NCBI GenBank assembly: GCA_963848295.1
Contig: CAWKDB010000010.1
Span: 608,001-672,000, forward strand
Length of the DNA stretch: 64,000 bases
Direction: 5' to 3'
DNA from: an uncultured delta proteobacterium
GTDB taxonomy: Bacteria > Myxococcota_A > Polyangia > Haliangiales > Haliangiaceae
Position 1 is the stretch's first letter; each line of letters opens with the position of its first letter. The notes beneath the pieces were generated by a model. The model searched no databases and was not told the DNA's origin. It saw nothing but the letters and a program-made list of their open reading frames with translations. Below, piece by piece: positions 38,532-46,981 of the stretch. The translations under genes were made by a program, and so were the position numbers.

Positions 38532-39203
38532 TCAGTTCGCGTCGGCGACCATCCGCCGCACCGCCTCGACCGCCCACGCGCGATCGATCCGCAGCTCGTC
38601 GTTTGCCGGGCCGGCGCGCTCTCTTAGCTTGACGTAGGTCGACAGCGGGCTCGCGACCGCCTGCGGACCGCTCGGATCGCCGGCCGGGACCTGCGCCCCG
38701 GCAGCACTGCCGAATGGCAGTGCGGGTGGATCGAATCGCAGCCAGCGGAGGACCTCCTCGTCGCGATCGACCGCCGCGAATAGCAGCACGCGATCCAGGT
38801 CGGGCTCGGCGAGCGACGCCAGCAACAGAACCTTCGTCATCTCCACCGCCCAATCGTCGAGCCCGGCATCGAACACCTTGACCTTCTCGACGAGCGCGTT
38901 GAGCGACGGCACGACCCGGCGGATTCCGGACGCGCCGACCGACCGGATCAGCTCGGCCGCCCGTTCCATCTCCGCATCGTCGCCCGGGCAGACCTGGCAC
39001 AGGAAGCCGTCGGCGAGATACAGCACGGTCGCGGCGAGCTGGACGCGGTTGCCGCATCCGCACGTCATCAGGTTGAGCTCACCGGCCAGCAGTCTTTGCT
39101 TGTCGCTGCCCGCGGTGCGGCCGTCGATGCTCTGCACGAGCCTGCAGTCGTGCTCGACGCCGCAGTCCGGGCAGCTCACTCGGATCGTTCCGACGATGCT
39201 CAC
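38532..39203 (-). CDS. CpXC domain protein
   Basis: CPDCG...SID...LL-x-G-x-LN...CGCG...LY. Confidence 0.8.
   Translation of the reverse strand: MSIVGTIRVSCPDCGVEHDCRLVQSIDGRTAGSDKQRLLAGELNLMTCGCGNRVQLAATVLYLADGFLCQVCPGDDAEMERAAELIRSVGASGIRRVVPSLNALVEKVKVFDAGLDDWAVEMTKVLLLASLAEPDLDRVLLFAAVDRDEEVLRWLRFDPPALPFGSAAGAQVPAGDPSGPQAVASPLSTYVKLRERAGPANDELRIDRAWAVEAVRRMVADAN
38674..38733 (-). repeat. In-frame 54-nt double-hairpin element inside the CpXC gene
   Basis: GCACTGCC-4nt-GGCAGTGC (38704-38723) and a GCCGGG...CCCGGC stem (38683-38702), bounded by CGATCC direct repeats exactly 54 nt apart. Confidence 0.75.
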
Positions 39204-39222
39204 GAACGCGGAGCGTAGCGCG

Positions 39223-40731
39223 TCAGCCCGGCGAGAAGCCGAACGGGAACTTCACGTTCGACAGCGAGCCCCGTGCCGGGAACCTCAGCAGCCGGATGTT
39301 GCGCTGCACGCAGCTCTCGACCGCGTCACTATGCAGCGTGCTGCCCGCGCCGATCCTCGCGCTCGTCACGACGCCCTCGCCGTCGATCTGGAAGTGCACG
39401 ATCAGCTTGCCGGCGAGACTCTCGTTGCGTTGCAGCTCTCGCGTGTAGCAAACGCGGATCAGGCCCCTACCTGCGTTCACGACCTTGGCGATCTCTCCTT
39501 TGGTCAGGACGCCGTCGGTGTCGCTCGGGCCGTCGATCTTGACGACCGGGATCGGGCCGATCGGGCCACCCGCGCAGTGCGCGCCCTTGCACTCCGGGGC
39601 TTTGCGTTGCGGCACGAGGGTGACCGGGCCATGGCTCGTCACCGGACCCTTCGGCCCGGGGCCACCGGTCTTCGTGCATAGCTGACCGGGAAAGCACTCA
39701 CCCTGGCCTTTGCCGTTGTGCTTGCCGGTGCCGTCGCCGTGACTCGGGCCGAGGCCGCTGAACTGGCCGAGATCGAGACCGCGACCGAGCATGCGATCGA
39801 GCTGGGTGCGATTGTGCGGATCGAGCATTCCGACCGCCGGCCCGGCAGGCGTCGGCGATTCGGTCGGCAGACCGGCGGGGTGCGGTCGTCCGCCGCCCGG
39901 CCTGGTGCCCGGCGAGACCGTCGTGATCGCGGTCGGGTTGGGCGCGATCGTCGTGGTCGTCGCTATAGTCGACGCGCTCGTCGCGACCTTCGGCTCGATC
40001 ACCTGCTGCTGCGGCTCGAGGCGCGTCACCAGATAATTGCCGGTGAGCGAGCGCGTGCCCGGCCACGCGAACGCATTCGACCCGTCGTAGAGCGAATAAA
40101 CCATGAACAGCAGCGCGGCATGGGCGAGCGCCGAGAACACGATCGACGCCTGCGACTCGCCATCCTGGTTGATGATCCACCGCATCAAACCACCGAGTGC
40201 GATCGCGGCGGTCGCGAGCGCGGCCCCGCGTGCGATCGCCTCGCCGACGTCGACGCCCTTGATCGCCCACATCGCGGCGAGGCCGACGCACGACACCGCC
40301 CAGCCGATCGCGCCCGCCATCATCACGTTCTTCGTGAGGAACGGTCGCTCGTCCTCGACCGGAACGAACTGGAAGAACAACTTGTGAACGCCGGTCTCGT
40401 CGAGATCGATCACGCCCCAGTCGCGACCGCTGATCGGCGTCGCCCAGAATCCTCCTTGACCGGAATCGCCGGCGCGCTTCATCAGGTCGCGAACGTCTTG
40501 TTGCTGACCGTCGATGCAGATCGTGCCGCGCATCCGCTCGCTCAGGGTCAGCAGGAACCCGCGATTCCCCGGCTGGACGATCGCGAACTCCGGTGGCAAC
40601 CCGAGCTCCGGCACGACGAACGTCGGTCTCCCGGACGCCCCGATCGTGATCCGCTTCGGATTCTTGAGGACGACGTCATCCATCACCTCGTCGTTCCAGA
40701 TCAACGCAGTACGGAGCGCGACTGTGGTCAT
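39223..40731 (-). CDS. GltG/AgmX-PglI-like protein with TonB-like C-terminal domain
   Basis: N-terminal LR-x-ALIW-x-D, TM segments, Gly/Pro-rich linker, C-terminal I-x-x-VV...IR-x-CY-x-x-EL...L-x-GK...F-x-I...V-x-x-C...FP...V-x-FPF. Confidence 0.8.
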   Translation of the reverse strand: MTTVALRTALIWNDEVMDDVVLKNPKRITIGASGRPTFVVPELGLPPEFAIVQPGNRGFLLTLSERMRGTICIDGQQQDVRDLMKRAGDSGQGGFWATPISGRDWGVIDLDETGVHKLFFQFVPVEDERPFLTKNVMMAGAIGWAVSCVGLAAMWAIKGVDVGEAIARGAALATAAIALGGLMRWIINQDGESQASIVFSALAHAALLFMVYSLYDGSNAFAWPGTRSLTGNYLVTRLEPQQQVIEPKVATSASTIATTTTIAPNPTAITTVSPGTRPGGGRPHPAGLPTESPTPAGPAVGMLDPHNRTQLDRMLGRGLDLGQFSGLGPSHGDGTGKHNGKGQGECFPGQLCTKTGGPGPKGPVTSHGPVTLVPQRKAPECKGAHCAGGPIGPIPVVKIDGPSDTDGVLTKGEIAKVVNAGRGLIRVCYTRELQRNESLAGKLIVHFQIDGEGVVTSARIGAGSTLHSDAVESCVQRNIRLLRFPARGSLSNVKFPFGFSPG

Positions 40732-40831
40732 AGAACCCCCTCGCGTTCGACCACGGGCACCGGTTCCGGTTCCCGAAAAAAACGCCCGCGATCGACGACG
40801 ACACGTGCTGTGCGCACGCACACCGCCACAC

Positions 40832-41923
40832 TCAGGAACCAAGGCAGTCGTCGATAGCTGCGTGAAACCACGCGATCGGCGTCTCGAGCGCGCCGAACAG
40901 CAGCTCGTCGGTACTGCCCGCGGCGATCCCGCGCTGGACCTGTTCGCACACCCAGAGATCCTCGCGCTGGAACACCGCGTCTTCGATCAGCGCCCAGCTG
41001 CGGCCCCAGTGCTCGGCCTCGGCACGCCGCGCCGCCGGCACGAGCATCACGTGCTCGTACTCGGTGACGTCCGGCGCGACCGGATGCAGGGTGATCAGCG
41101 AAACGAAATCCGGGTGAACGATCACGACGGTCGCCGGGAAGATCAGGAACGACGGCGTGGCGAGCTCGCGCACGTTCGAGGTCGTCGCGTCGCGCAGGGC
41201 GCGGCGTGCGGTCGCAGCGCGAATATGGCGACCGACCGGCTCGGCGACCGACGCGGCATCGATGAAGAACCGATAGATCGAATCGCGGTGCAAGACCCGG
41301 ATGTGGTAGCCGTCGAGAAACGCCTCGACCACGAGCTTCCAGTTGCAGCGCCGCGTGACGCGCGCGGTGCGAAACGCGACATGCTGATCGAGATCGAGCG
41401 CGGCGAGATCCGCGTCGAGCCCGCCGAGATAGCCCGCGATGTCGGAGCCGAGCCAGATCAAGCCGTGGCGCTCGGCGACGGGTAGCTCGCGTAGGCCGCG
41501 GTCGTCGAGCCGGCCGGGGAACGCGTCGGCATGCGGCGCGTGCAGTAGCGCGCCCGTGAGGTCGTAGGTCCAGCCGTGATACGGGCAGACCAGCGCTTTC
41601 CGCGAGCATGGCCCGTGATCGACGAGCCGGGTCGCGCGATGCCGGCACGCGTTGTGGAATGCGTGGGCGCGCCCGTCGGCGTCGCGGGTGAACAGCAGCG
41701 CCATGCCGGCGGTGTCGATCGGCGCGCAGCTCCCGGGCTCGGCGATCGCGGAGCTCGCGGCGACCGCACGTGGCATCGCAAACAACGCCGCGCGTTCGCG
41801 GGCGAGCCACGGGTCCGATCGATAGCGATCCGCCGCGATCGTGAACGGTGGTGGCGCCGGTGGCGGCTCGGTGAGCTCGCGGCGGAGCCGAGCGATCAGG
41901 CGGTCACCTGCGGCGGCTTGCAT
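40832..41923 (-). CDS. Rieske non-heme iron oxygenase alpha subunit
   Basis: CRH...CPYHGW Rieske motif; NWK...E...D-x-YH-x-x-x-x-H and ED iron ligands. Confidence 0.9.
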   Translation of the reverse strand: MQAAAGDRLIARLRRELTEPPPAPPPFTIAADRYRSDPWLARERAALFAMPRAVAASSAIAEPGSCAPIDTAGMALLFTRDADGRAHAFHNACRHRATRLVDHGPCSRKALVCPYHGWTYDLTGALLHAPHADAFPGRLDDRGLRELPVAERHGLIWLGSDIAGYLGGLDADLAALDLDQHVAFRTARVTRRCNWKLVVEAFLDGYHIRVLHRDSIYRFFIDAASVAEPVGRHIRAATARRALRDATTSNVRELATPSFLIFPATVVIVHPDFVSLITLHPVAPDVTEYEHVMLVPAARRAEAEHWGRSWALIEDAVFQREDLWVCEQVQRGIAAGSTDELLFGALETPIAWFHAAIDDCLGS

Positions 41924-41932
41924 CTAATTCGT

Positions 41933-41954
41933 ATACGAGATAATTATCTCGTAT
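41933..41954. promoter_or_regulatory. Perfect 22-bp palindrome, probable MarR operator
   Basis: ATACGAGATAATTATCTCGTAT in the 29-nt divergent gap, overlapping the marR start codon. Confidence 0.85.
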
Positions 41955-42390
41955 GCAAGATGATCGGCTGAGGGCGTCGCTCCCGCACGCCGTGGTCCGG
42001 CTATTTCGGCTCGTCAACCGCGCGCACAACCGGGCCCTTCAACCGCTCGGTCTGTCGGCGGAGCAGGCGCACGTGCTGTCGTGTCTGTGGGCGCTGGGAC
42101 CGATGACGATGGGCCGGATGCTGCCGCTGCTCGCGCTGTCGAGCCCGACGTTGACCGGCGCGATCGATCGTATGGAAGCGCAGCACCTCGTGCGCCGCGT
42201 GCGCGATCGCGCGGACGGGCGCGCGTGGGTCCTCGAGCCCGACCCGACGGCCAACCGCAAGCGCCCGAAGATCGAGACCACGCTCGAGTCAGTCGAAGCA
42301 GCGTGCTTCGAGGGCCTGACGATGACCGAGCGCCGCGAGCTACTGCGACTGCTCGACAAGTGCGCGGCCAGCCTCGAAGCGGCGGCGTAG
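41953..42390 (+). CDS. MarR family regulator
   Basis: wHTH with T-x-x-IDRME-x-x-x-LV-x-R...D-x-R. Confidence 0.9.
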   Translation: MQDDRLRASLPHAVVRLFRLVNRAHNRALQPLGLSAEQAHVLSCLWALGPMTMGRMLPLLALSSPTLTGAIDRMEAQHLVRRVRDRADGRAWVLEPDPTANRKRPKIETTLESVEAACFEGLTMTERRELLRLLDKCAASLEAAA

Positions 42391-42393
42391 GTC

Positions 42394-43137
42394 CTAGCCG
42401 TTCGCGGACGCGCGCTCGATCGCGGGACGAAACAGGTCGGCGGCACCGCCGATCACCGGCGTGCCATGCGCCGGCAACACGTTCGCGAACTTCTCGTCGA
42501 GGATCCGCCGTAGGTCGTCACGCGGCGGCTTGCACTGGCGCAGCCAACCCGGGCCGATGTTGTGGGGCACGATGAACTTCATCCGCTTCATCACGAACTT
42601 GCCGAGCCAGCTGAAGTACGGGTCGGGGGCCGCCCAGTTCTGCAGACAGTCGCCGGCGATGATCGTGCCACCGTGACGCTCGAGGACGATCATGCCTTCC
42701 GGCGGCGCGGATGCGATGAAGTACAGCTTCGCGCCTGCGAGAGGCAGCTCGGTCGCGGACTCCATCTCGACCGTCGGCGCGAAGTATGTCTTCGTCTTGT
42801 TGGTGTCGAACCCAGAGGTGTAACGCTGGCCCTTGACCGCCCAGACCTTCGCGCCATAGCGGTCGGCATAGAACGGATCATCCATGCCGTGATTCCCGGC
42901 GACCCGGATCACGTCGCTCACCTTGCCGAGCTTGTCGAGCGCTTCGAGGCCGGCGTCGTCGAGTCGCACCGTATTGATCAACACGAGGCGCGCCCCTTCA
43001 CGCACGACCACCATGTTGCGGCTGCACCGGATCGGCAACGGCCCGGGTATCGACACGGTGCCGGTGACGAAGAAGATGCCCGGCAGAACTTCTTCGAGCG
43101 CGCCGTGCGGGCGCGCGGCGGGAAACGGGCGACTCAT
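42394..43137 (-). CDS. Metallo-beta-lactamase-like (DUF4336-like) hypothetical protein
   Basis: RNMVVVR, H-x-x-D, GD-x-L-x-N, PAHG. Confidence 0.65.
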   Translation of the reverse strand: MSRPFPAARPHGALEEVLPGIFFVTGTVSIPGPLPIRCSRNMVVVREGARLVLINTVRLDDAGLEALDKLGKVSDVIRVAGNHGMDDPFYADRYGAKVWAVKGQRYTSGFDTNKTKTYFAPTVEMESATELPLAGAKLYFIASAPPEGMIVLERHGGTIIAGDCLQNWAAPDPYFSWLGKFVMKRMKFIVPHNIGPGWLRQCKPPRDDLRRILDEKFANVLPAHGTPVIGGAADLFRPAIERASANG

Positions 43138-43146
43138 ACCTCGAGT

Positions 43147-43605
43147 CTACGCACCGAGCCGGGCCACCACCACTTTTGCAGGGCGGAGGAGGCTGTCGCC
43201 AAATCGATAGCCGGGCTCACCCTGTTCGAGGACGAGCGCATGACGCGCGGGATCCAGAACCGGGATCACCGCGATCGCCTCGTGGACACTCGGATCGAAC
43301 GTCGCGCCGATCGCATCGATGCGTTCCACGCCGTAGCCGCGAAGCACCGTTTCCAGCTGCGACCGCACCGCGAGCACGCCGTCGAGCAAGGCCCTACCCT
43401 CGCCGTGATCTTGGGCCGCGCGGATCGTGCGATCGAGGTTGTCGAGCACCGGCAACAGCTGGGCGACGAGCTTGCCGCGCGTTTCATCGCCGATCCGAGC
43501 CGCCTCGCGCTCGACCCGTGCGCGCGCCGCGTCGAGCTCGTTGACCGCACGGCGCAGGGTCGTACGATCGGGCTCGGCGCTCTCGGTGGCGGTGGGCTCG
43601 GGCAT
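43147..43605 (-). CDS. grpE: Nucleotide exchange factor GrpE (stand-alone, short)
   Basis: LLPVLDNLDR, G-x-x-FDP-x-x-HEA, GY...LLRPA-x-V-x-V. Confidence 0.9.
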   Translation of the reverse strand: MPEPTATESAEPDRTTLRRAVNELDAARARVEREAARIGDETRGKLVAQLLPVLDNLDRTIRAAQDHGEGRALLDGVLAVRSQLETVLRGYGVERIDAIGATFDPSVHEAIAVIPVLDPARHALVLEQGEPGYRFGDSLLRPAKVVVARLGA

Positions 43606-43697
43606 CGCGAATAACCTAGTTACGCTTCGGGCTCATGCAGCTAGCCGTTCGGACGGGCGCTGGTGATCCGACCGCGCGGCCCGTTCGTATCTCCGAC

Positions 43698-43823
43698 ATG
43701 GGGATGCGGACCAAGCTAGCGCTCGTCTTCGCGATCGTATTTGCGGTCGGCTGCGCGGCATCGACCTACCGCTACCTCGACGGCGCGATCCAGATGCCGG
43801 GCTCGCTCGTAGACCAGCGCTAG
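43698..43823 (+). CDS. Possible 41-aa small lipoprotein
   Basis: MGMRTKLALVFAIVFAVGC lipobox. Confidence 0.45.
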   Translation: MGMRTKLALVFAIVFAVGCAASTYRYLDGAIQMPGSLVDQR

Positions 43824-43842
43824 CCGGCGTACCTTCGCGCGC

Positions 43843-44469
43843 ATGCGCTTCCCCCTGCTCGCGTCGGTCGCCGTGCTCGCCGTTGTCGCCGCCTCGCCGG
43901 TCCATGCGAAGAAGATGACCGATCCGCTGACCGGGGCGTTGGCGAACCTCGCGACCGCGGCGCAGTGCGACAACAAGGCGTCGCTGTGGCGACCGTGGTG
44001 CATTGCCGCGACCGGCTGGAGCAATGGCACCGCCGCCGATCTGCCTGTCGGCAAGGTGCTGGTCGGGATGACCCTCGAGATCCAAGACGGGAAAGACCTC
44101 AAGCAGGCGCTCAGCGATGCGGTCAGCTTGACCGCGTTCGCGATCGGCAACGACCACGCGGTCAAGGTCACCACGGTCAAGCCGACGAGCGATGCCGAGT
44201 CGCGATCGGTGGGAGAAGCGGTGTTCGACCTCGCCGCGGTATTCAAGGACAAGGCGGACGTCGCAAAGCTGCCGAAGGATCTCGCGAGCTACGTCGCGGG
44301 ACTCAAGGGCGCGTATCCGGCCACCAAGGCCACGAACGAGTGGACGTGGAAGGGCGCGAGCGCCGGCCGCGCGCGCAAGGTCGGCCGGTGGTGGGTCGTG
44401 ATCGAATCGCCGAACGCGCACAACGGGTTCTTCGTGACGATCCTGACCGACGCCTGGGCGTCCCAGTAG
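43843..44469 (+). CDS. Hypothetical secreted protein
   Basis: Signal peptide ending VHA; genome-typical codon usage. Confidence 0.7.
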   Translation: MRFPLLASVAVLAVVAASPVHAKKMTDPLTGALANLATAAQCDNKASLWRPWCIAATGWSNGTAADLPVGKVLVGMTLEIQDGKDLKQALSDAVSLTAFAIGNDHAVKVTTVKPTSDAESRSVGEAVFDLAAVFKDKADVAKLPKDLASYVAGLKGAYPATKATNEWTWKGASAGRARKVGRWWVVIESPNAHNGFFVTILTDAWASQ

Positions 44470-44973
44470 TCAGCGCAGCGCGCGCGCTCGACCGCGCAGC
44501 TCGTGCAAGCCCGCGAGCTCGAGTTGGCGGACGCGTTCCCGCGTCAGGTTCGTGATGTCGCCGATCTGCTCGAGCGTGTGACCGCCGGCGTCGGCGATAT
44601 CGAGCGCGCACGAGTGCTCGAGCTGCCACGGCTCGAGCTCGGGAAAGTTGAGCTTGATCGATCCGGTGCGCGGGTTGACGTCGAGGAACAGGTGGTGCTT
44701 GCAGCTCACCCAAGGACACGGGCGGATCTGGCCACACTCACCGCGGGTCGCGGGCCGCTCGGCGAGCTCGGGCACCGGTTCGATCCATGCGGCGAGCTCG
44801 CCCGCCGTGAGTCGGCGCGGAGCGATCGTCTTCGCGCGCGGTCGAGTCCGTCGCGAGCGCAGCTTGCGGCTCGTGGTCGGCAACATGCCGGGCGGGGACA
44901 AGCCCCCGGCGTCGCACGCGCTGTCGTCTAACGCCGCGGTCACATCACAACCCTCGCCATCGTGCGTCGTCAT
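44470..44973 (-). CDS. Small protein with Cys/His motif and sigma70 region 4 HTH
   Basis: RGEC...[12 protein letters not shown]...SCALD, then TLEQIG...[11 protein letters not shown]. Confidence 0.85.
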   Translation of the reverse strand: MTTHDGEGCDVTAALDDSACDAGGLSPPGMLPTTSRKLRSRRTRPRAKTIAPRRLTAGELAAWIEPVPELAERPATRGECGQIRPCPWVSCKHHLFLDVNPRTGSIKLNFPELEPWQLEHSCALDIADAGGHTLEQIGDITNLTRERVRQLELAGLHELRGRARALR

Positions 44974-45207
44974 CGCTTCCCCCGCTGATCGAACGTTGAC
45001 GGGCGGCCTGGCCGCGCGACGCGATGCCGCGGACTCCCACCAGAGTCCAACGCGTCATCGAGCATCGATCGCCCAGGTTCCCGCAGTGAAAACATATGTA
45101 AATGGGTAGGTAGATTCAAGCGTATTCGGTCAATAAATTACGATCTGGAAACTTTTCGGCGAATTCATGTTGGCGTGACCTGAGAGTCGCGGTACCGATC
45201 ACGACCG

Positions 45208-45750
45208 ATGACGGCGACGCGAACCACGTGGGGCGGCACCCGCCCCGGCGCCGGACGACCGGCGAAGCACGCGATCACGAGCGAGCGCCATCAGCGCCGG
45301 CCGGCGCTGTCGCGGCGTCATCCCGTCCGGGTCGTCGCGCGCGTGGTGCCGGCCGTGCGTCGACTGCGCTCGCGATCCGGCCGCCGAGCGATTGCCCACG
45401 CGATCGCGCTATCGCTGGCGCGAACCGAGTTTCGGATCGTCTACGTTTCGGTGCTCGCCCATCGGCTCGAGCTGATCGTCGAGGCCGACGATCGGATCGC
45501 GCTCGCCCGCGGCATGCAGGGCTTCCAGATCGCCGCCGCGCGTGCGCTCAACCGCGCATTCGGCCGGCGCGGCGCGGTGTTCGCCGATCGCTACCACGCG
45601 CGCCCGCTCGCGACTCGCGCCGCCGTGCGCGCAGCGGTCGTCGAGCTTCCGCCGGCGACGCTCGCCGCGGCCTGGCCGCTGACCTGGCTGCTCGTCGTCG
45701 AGCTCGTGCCGGCGCGCAGCTGGCGACGCCCGCCGGCGCAGCCGCCGTGA
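45208..45750 (+). mobile_element. RAYT/IS200-like Y1 HUH transposase homolog, apparently catalytically degenerate
   Basis: GG-x-R-x-GAGRP, LIVEA-x-D...LARGMQG...AR-x-LNR...R-x-G-x-VFADRYHAR; the HUH position reads R-L-E and no catalytic Tyr follows. Confidence 0.75.
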
Positions 45751-45797
45751 CCAACTTGTCCGCGAGGGACCCGGAACGACGACCGGGTCGCGGTCAC
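45747..45797. terminator. Long hairpin between convergent genes (terminator or transposon-end hairpin)
   Basis: Nested inverted repeats GTGACC/GGTCAC, CCGCGA/TCGCGG and GACCCGG/CCGGGTC; no U tract. Confidence 0.45.
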
Positions 45798-45803
45798 CTG
45801 ATC

Positions 45804-46607
45804 TCACTTGTTGCGGCGCAGGAAGATCGCGGCGCGTTCCTCGAGCACACGGAACGTAAACGTCTCGGTCAGGTACAGCTCGACGTTGTCGCGATCGCTC
45901 GTCGTGTAGCCGATCGAGAGATCCTGTCCGACCGTGAGCTCGAAGTCCCCGCCGCGGGTGGACAGCAGCACCGCGCCGCCCTTGAGCGCGGGCGCCCAGA
46001 TGATCTTGCTGTCGAGGATGTTCTCCTCGATCCGCTTGCGCAGCGGATAGCCGTCATCGCCGGTCGCGACCAGCTCGTCGTAGGCCACGAGCCCGGCGGC
46101 GAGCGCGTATGGGCCGTTGACGCCGGCGAGCCGCAGCGCTTCTTTCGCGGCGGTGAGCGCGCGCGGCCAATCGAGGATCGACTTCACTTCGACCGGCTTG
46201 TGCGGGCTGCATTCGATGATGCCTTGGATCTTGCCGGGCTTGAACCCGTGGAAGATCGCGCCATCTTCGGCATGTGCGACTTGCTCGGCGGTGTCGATCA
46301 CGACGTCGAGATCGAGGTCGGTCGCGCCGCGGCCGGCGTAGTCGAGCTCGACTAGCGGCAAGACGATCGGCGAGCGCAACTCGACGAGCGGCTGGACCTC
46401 GCGGATCGCGTGGCTGACCCCTCCGGCCGCCTTGATGTGCTCGAGCCGGCCGGTGTTGACGCAGCCGACCTTCCAGCCATGCGGGCCCGAGAAGTCGACG
46501 AGCTTTCGCCCGGCGAGGTGGAGCTCGAGCACTCGTTTCGCCTCTTCATCGATCTGTTGCCAGGCTTCGCTCGTGATCGGAGCGAGCTCGCGTTTAAGTA
46601 AGTCCAT
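45804..46607 (-). CDS. Family 1 encapsulin shell protein (Linocin M18-like)
   Basis: MDLLKRELAPI...W-x-x-I, R-x-x-VDF-x-GP-x-G, A-x-x-ED-x-x-IF-x-G, GQDLSIGY. Confidence 0.95.
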   Translation of the reverse strand: MDLLKRELAPITSEAWQQIDEEAKRVLELHLAGRKLVDFSGPHGWKVGCVNTGRLEHIKAAGGVSHAIREVQPLVELRSPIVLPLVELDYAGRGATDLDLDVVIDTAEQVAHAEDGAIFHGFKPGKIQGIIECSPHKPVEVKSILDWPRALTAAKEALRLAGVNGPYALAAGLVAYDELVATGDDGYPLRKRIEENILDSKIIWAPALKGGAVLLSTRGGDFELTVGQDLSIGYTTSDRDNVELYLTETFTFRVLEERAAIFLRRNK

Positions 46608-46981
46608 TACGGTTGTCCTTTCAAGCTGCCGATACCGAGCGAGGTCGACGCGTTGCTCGCGGCGGCCTCACCGCCGCCGCCCATCGCCTGCGCTTCGACC
46701 GCGACGATCGGCCCGGCCGTGTCGAGGTACCGGTCGAGGTTCAGATCGAACACCGGATTGTGGCGGCGGATCCACTCGAGCGTCATCATCGCGTGCTCGA
46801 TCTCCTCGTTCTTGTTGTGGGTCAGCACCGCCGCGAGATCGCTATCGCTGCACGCCTCGGCGCGCTGCTGGTACCAATCGATGGCTTCCAGCTCCTCGCG
46901 CAGCGACACCAGCGCGCGATGCATGTTCTTCGTGGGCTCGGTCAGGAGCTCGATCGGCTCGTGATAACTCTCGCTACTCAT
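46607..46981 (-). CDS. Encapsulated ferritin-like protein (EncFtn/Flp) with targeting peptide
   Basis: YHEP, EELEAIDWYQQR, EEIEHAMM ferroxidase residues; C-terminal SLGIGSLKG cargo-loading peptide; TAATG coupling to the shell gene. Confidence 0.95.
   Translation of the reverse strand: MSSESYHEPIELLTEPTKNMHRALVSLREELEAIDWYQQRAEACSDSDLAAVLTHNKNEEIEHAMMTLEWIRRHNPVFDLNLDRYLDTAGPIVAVEAQAMGGGGEAAASNASTSLGIGSLKGQP

Noticed and set aside
35434..39063. 1209-aa ORF suggesting a giant fused PKS
   Set aside because: Only the last ~397 aa (from GTG 36627) are a ketosynthase. The rest is Arg-rich off-frame readthrough over three real genes.
40754..40782. Hairpin plus A7 tract as a terminator
   Set aside because: The T tract precedes the stem on the transcribed (minus) strand, so the geometry is wrong.
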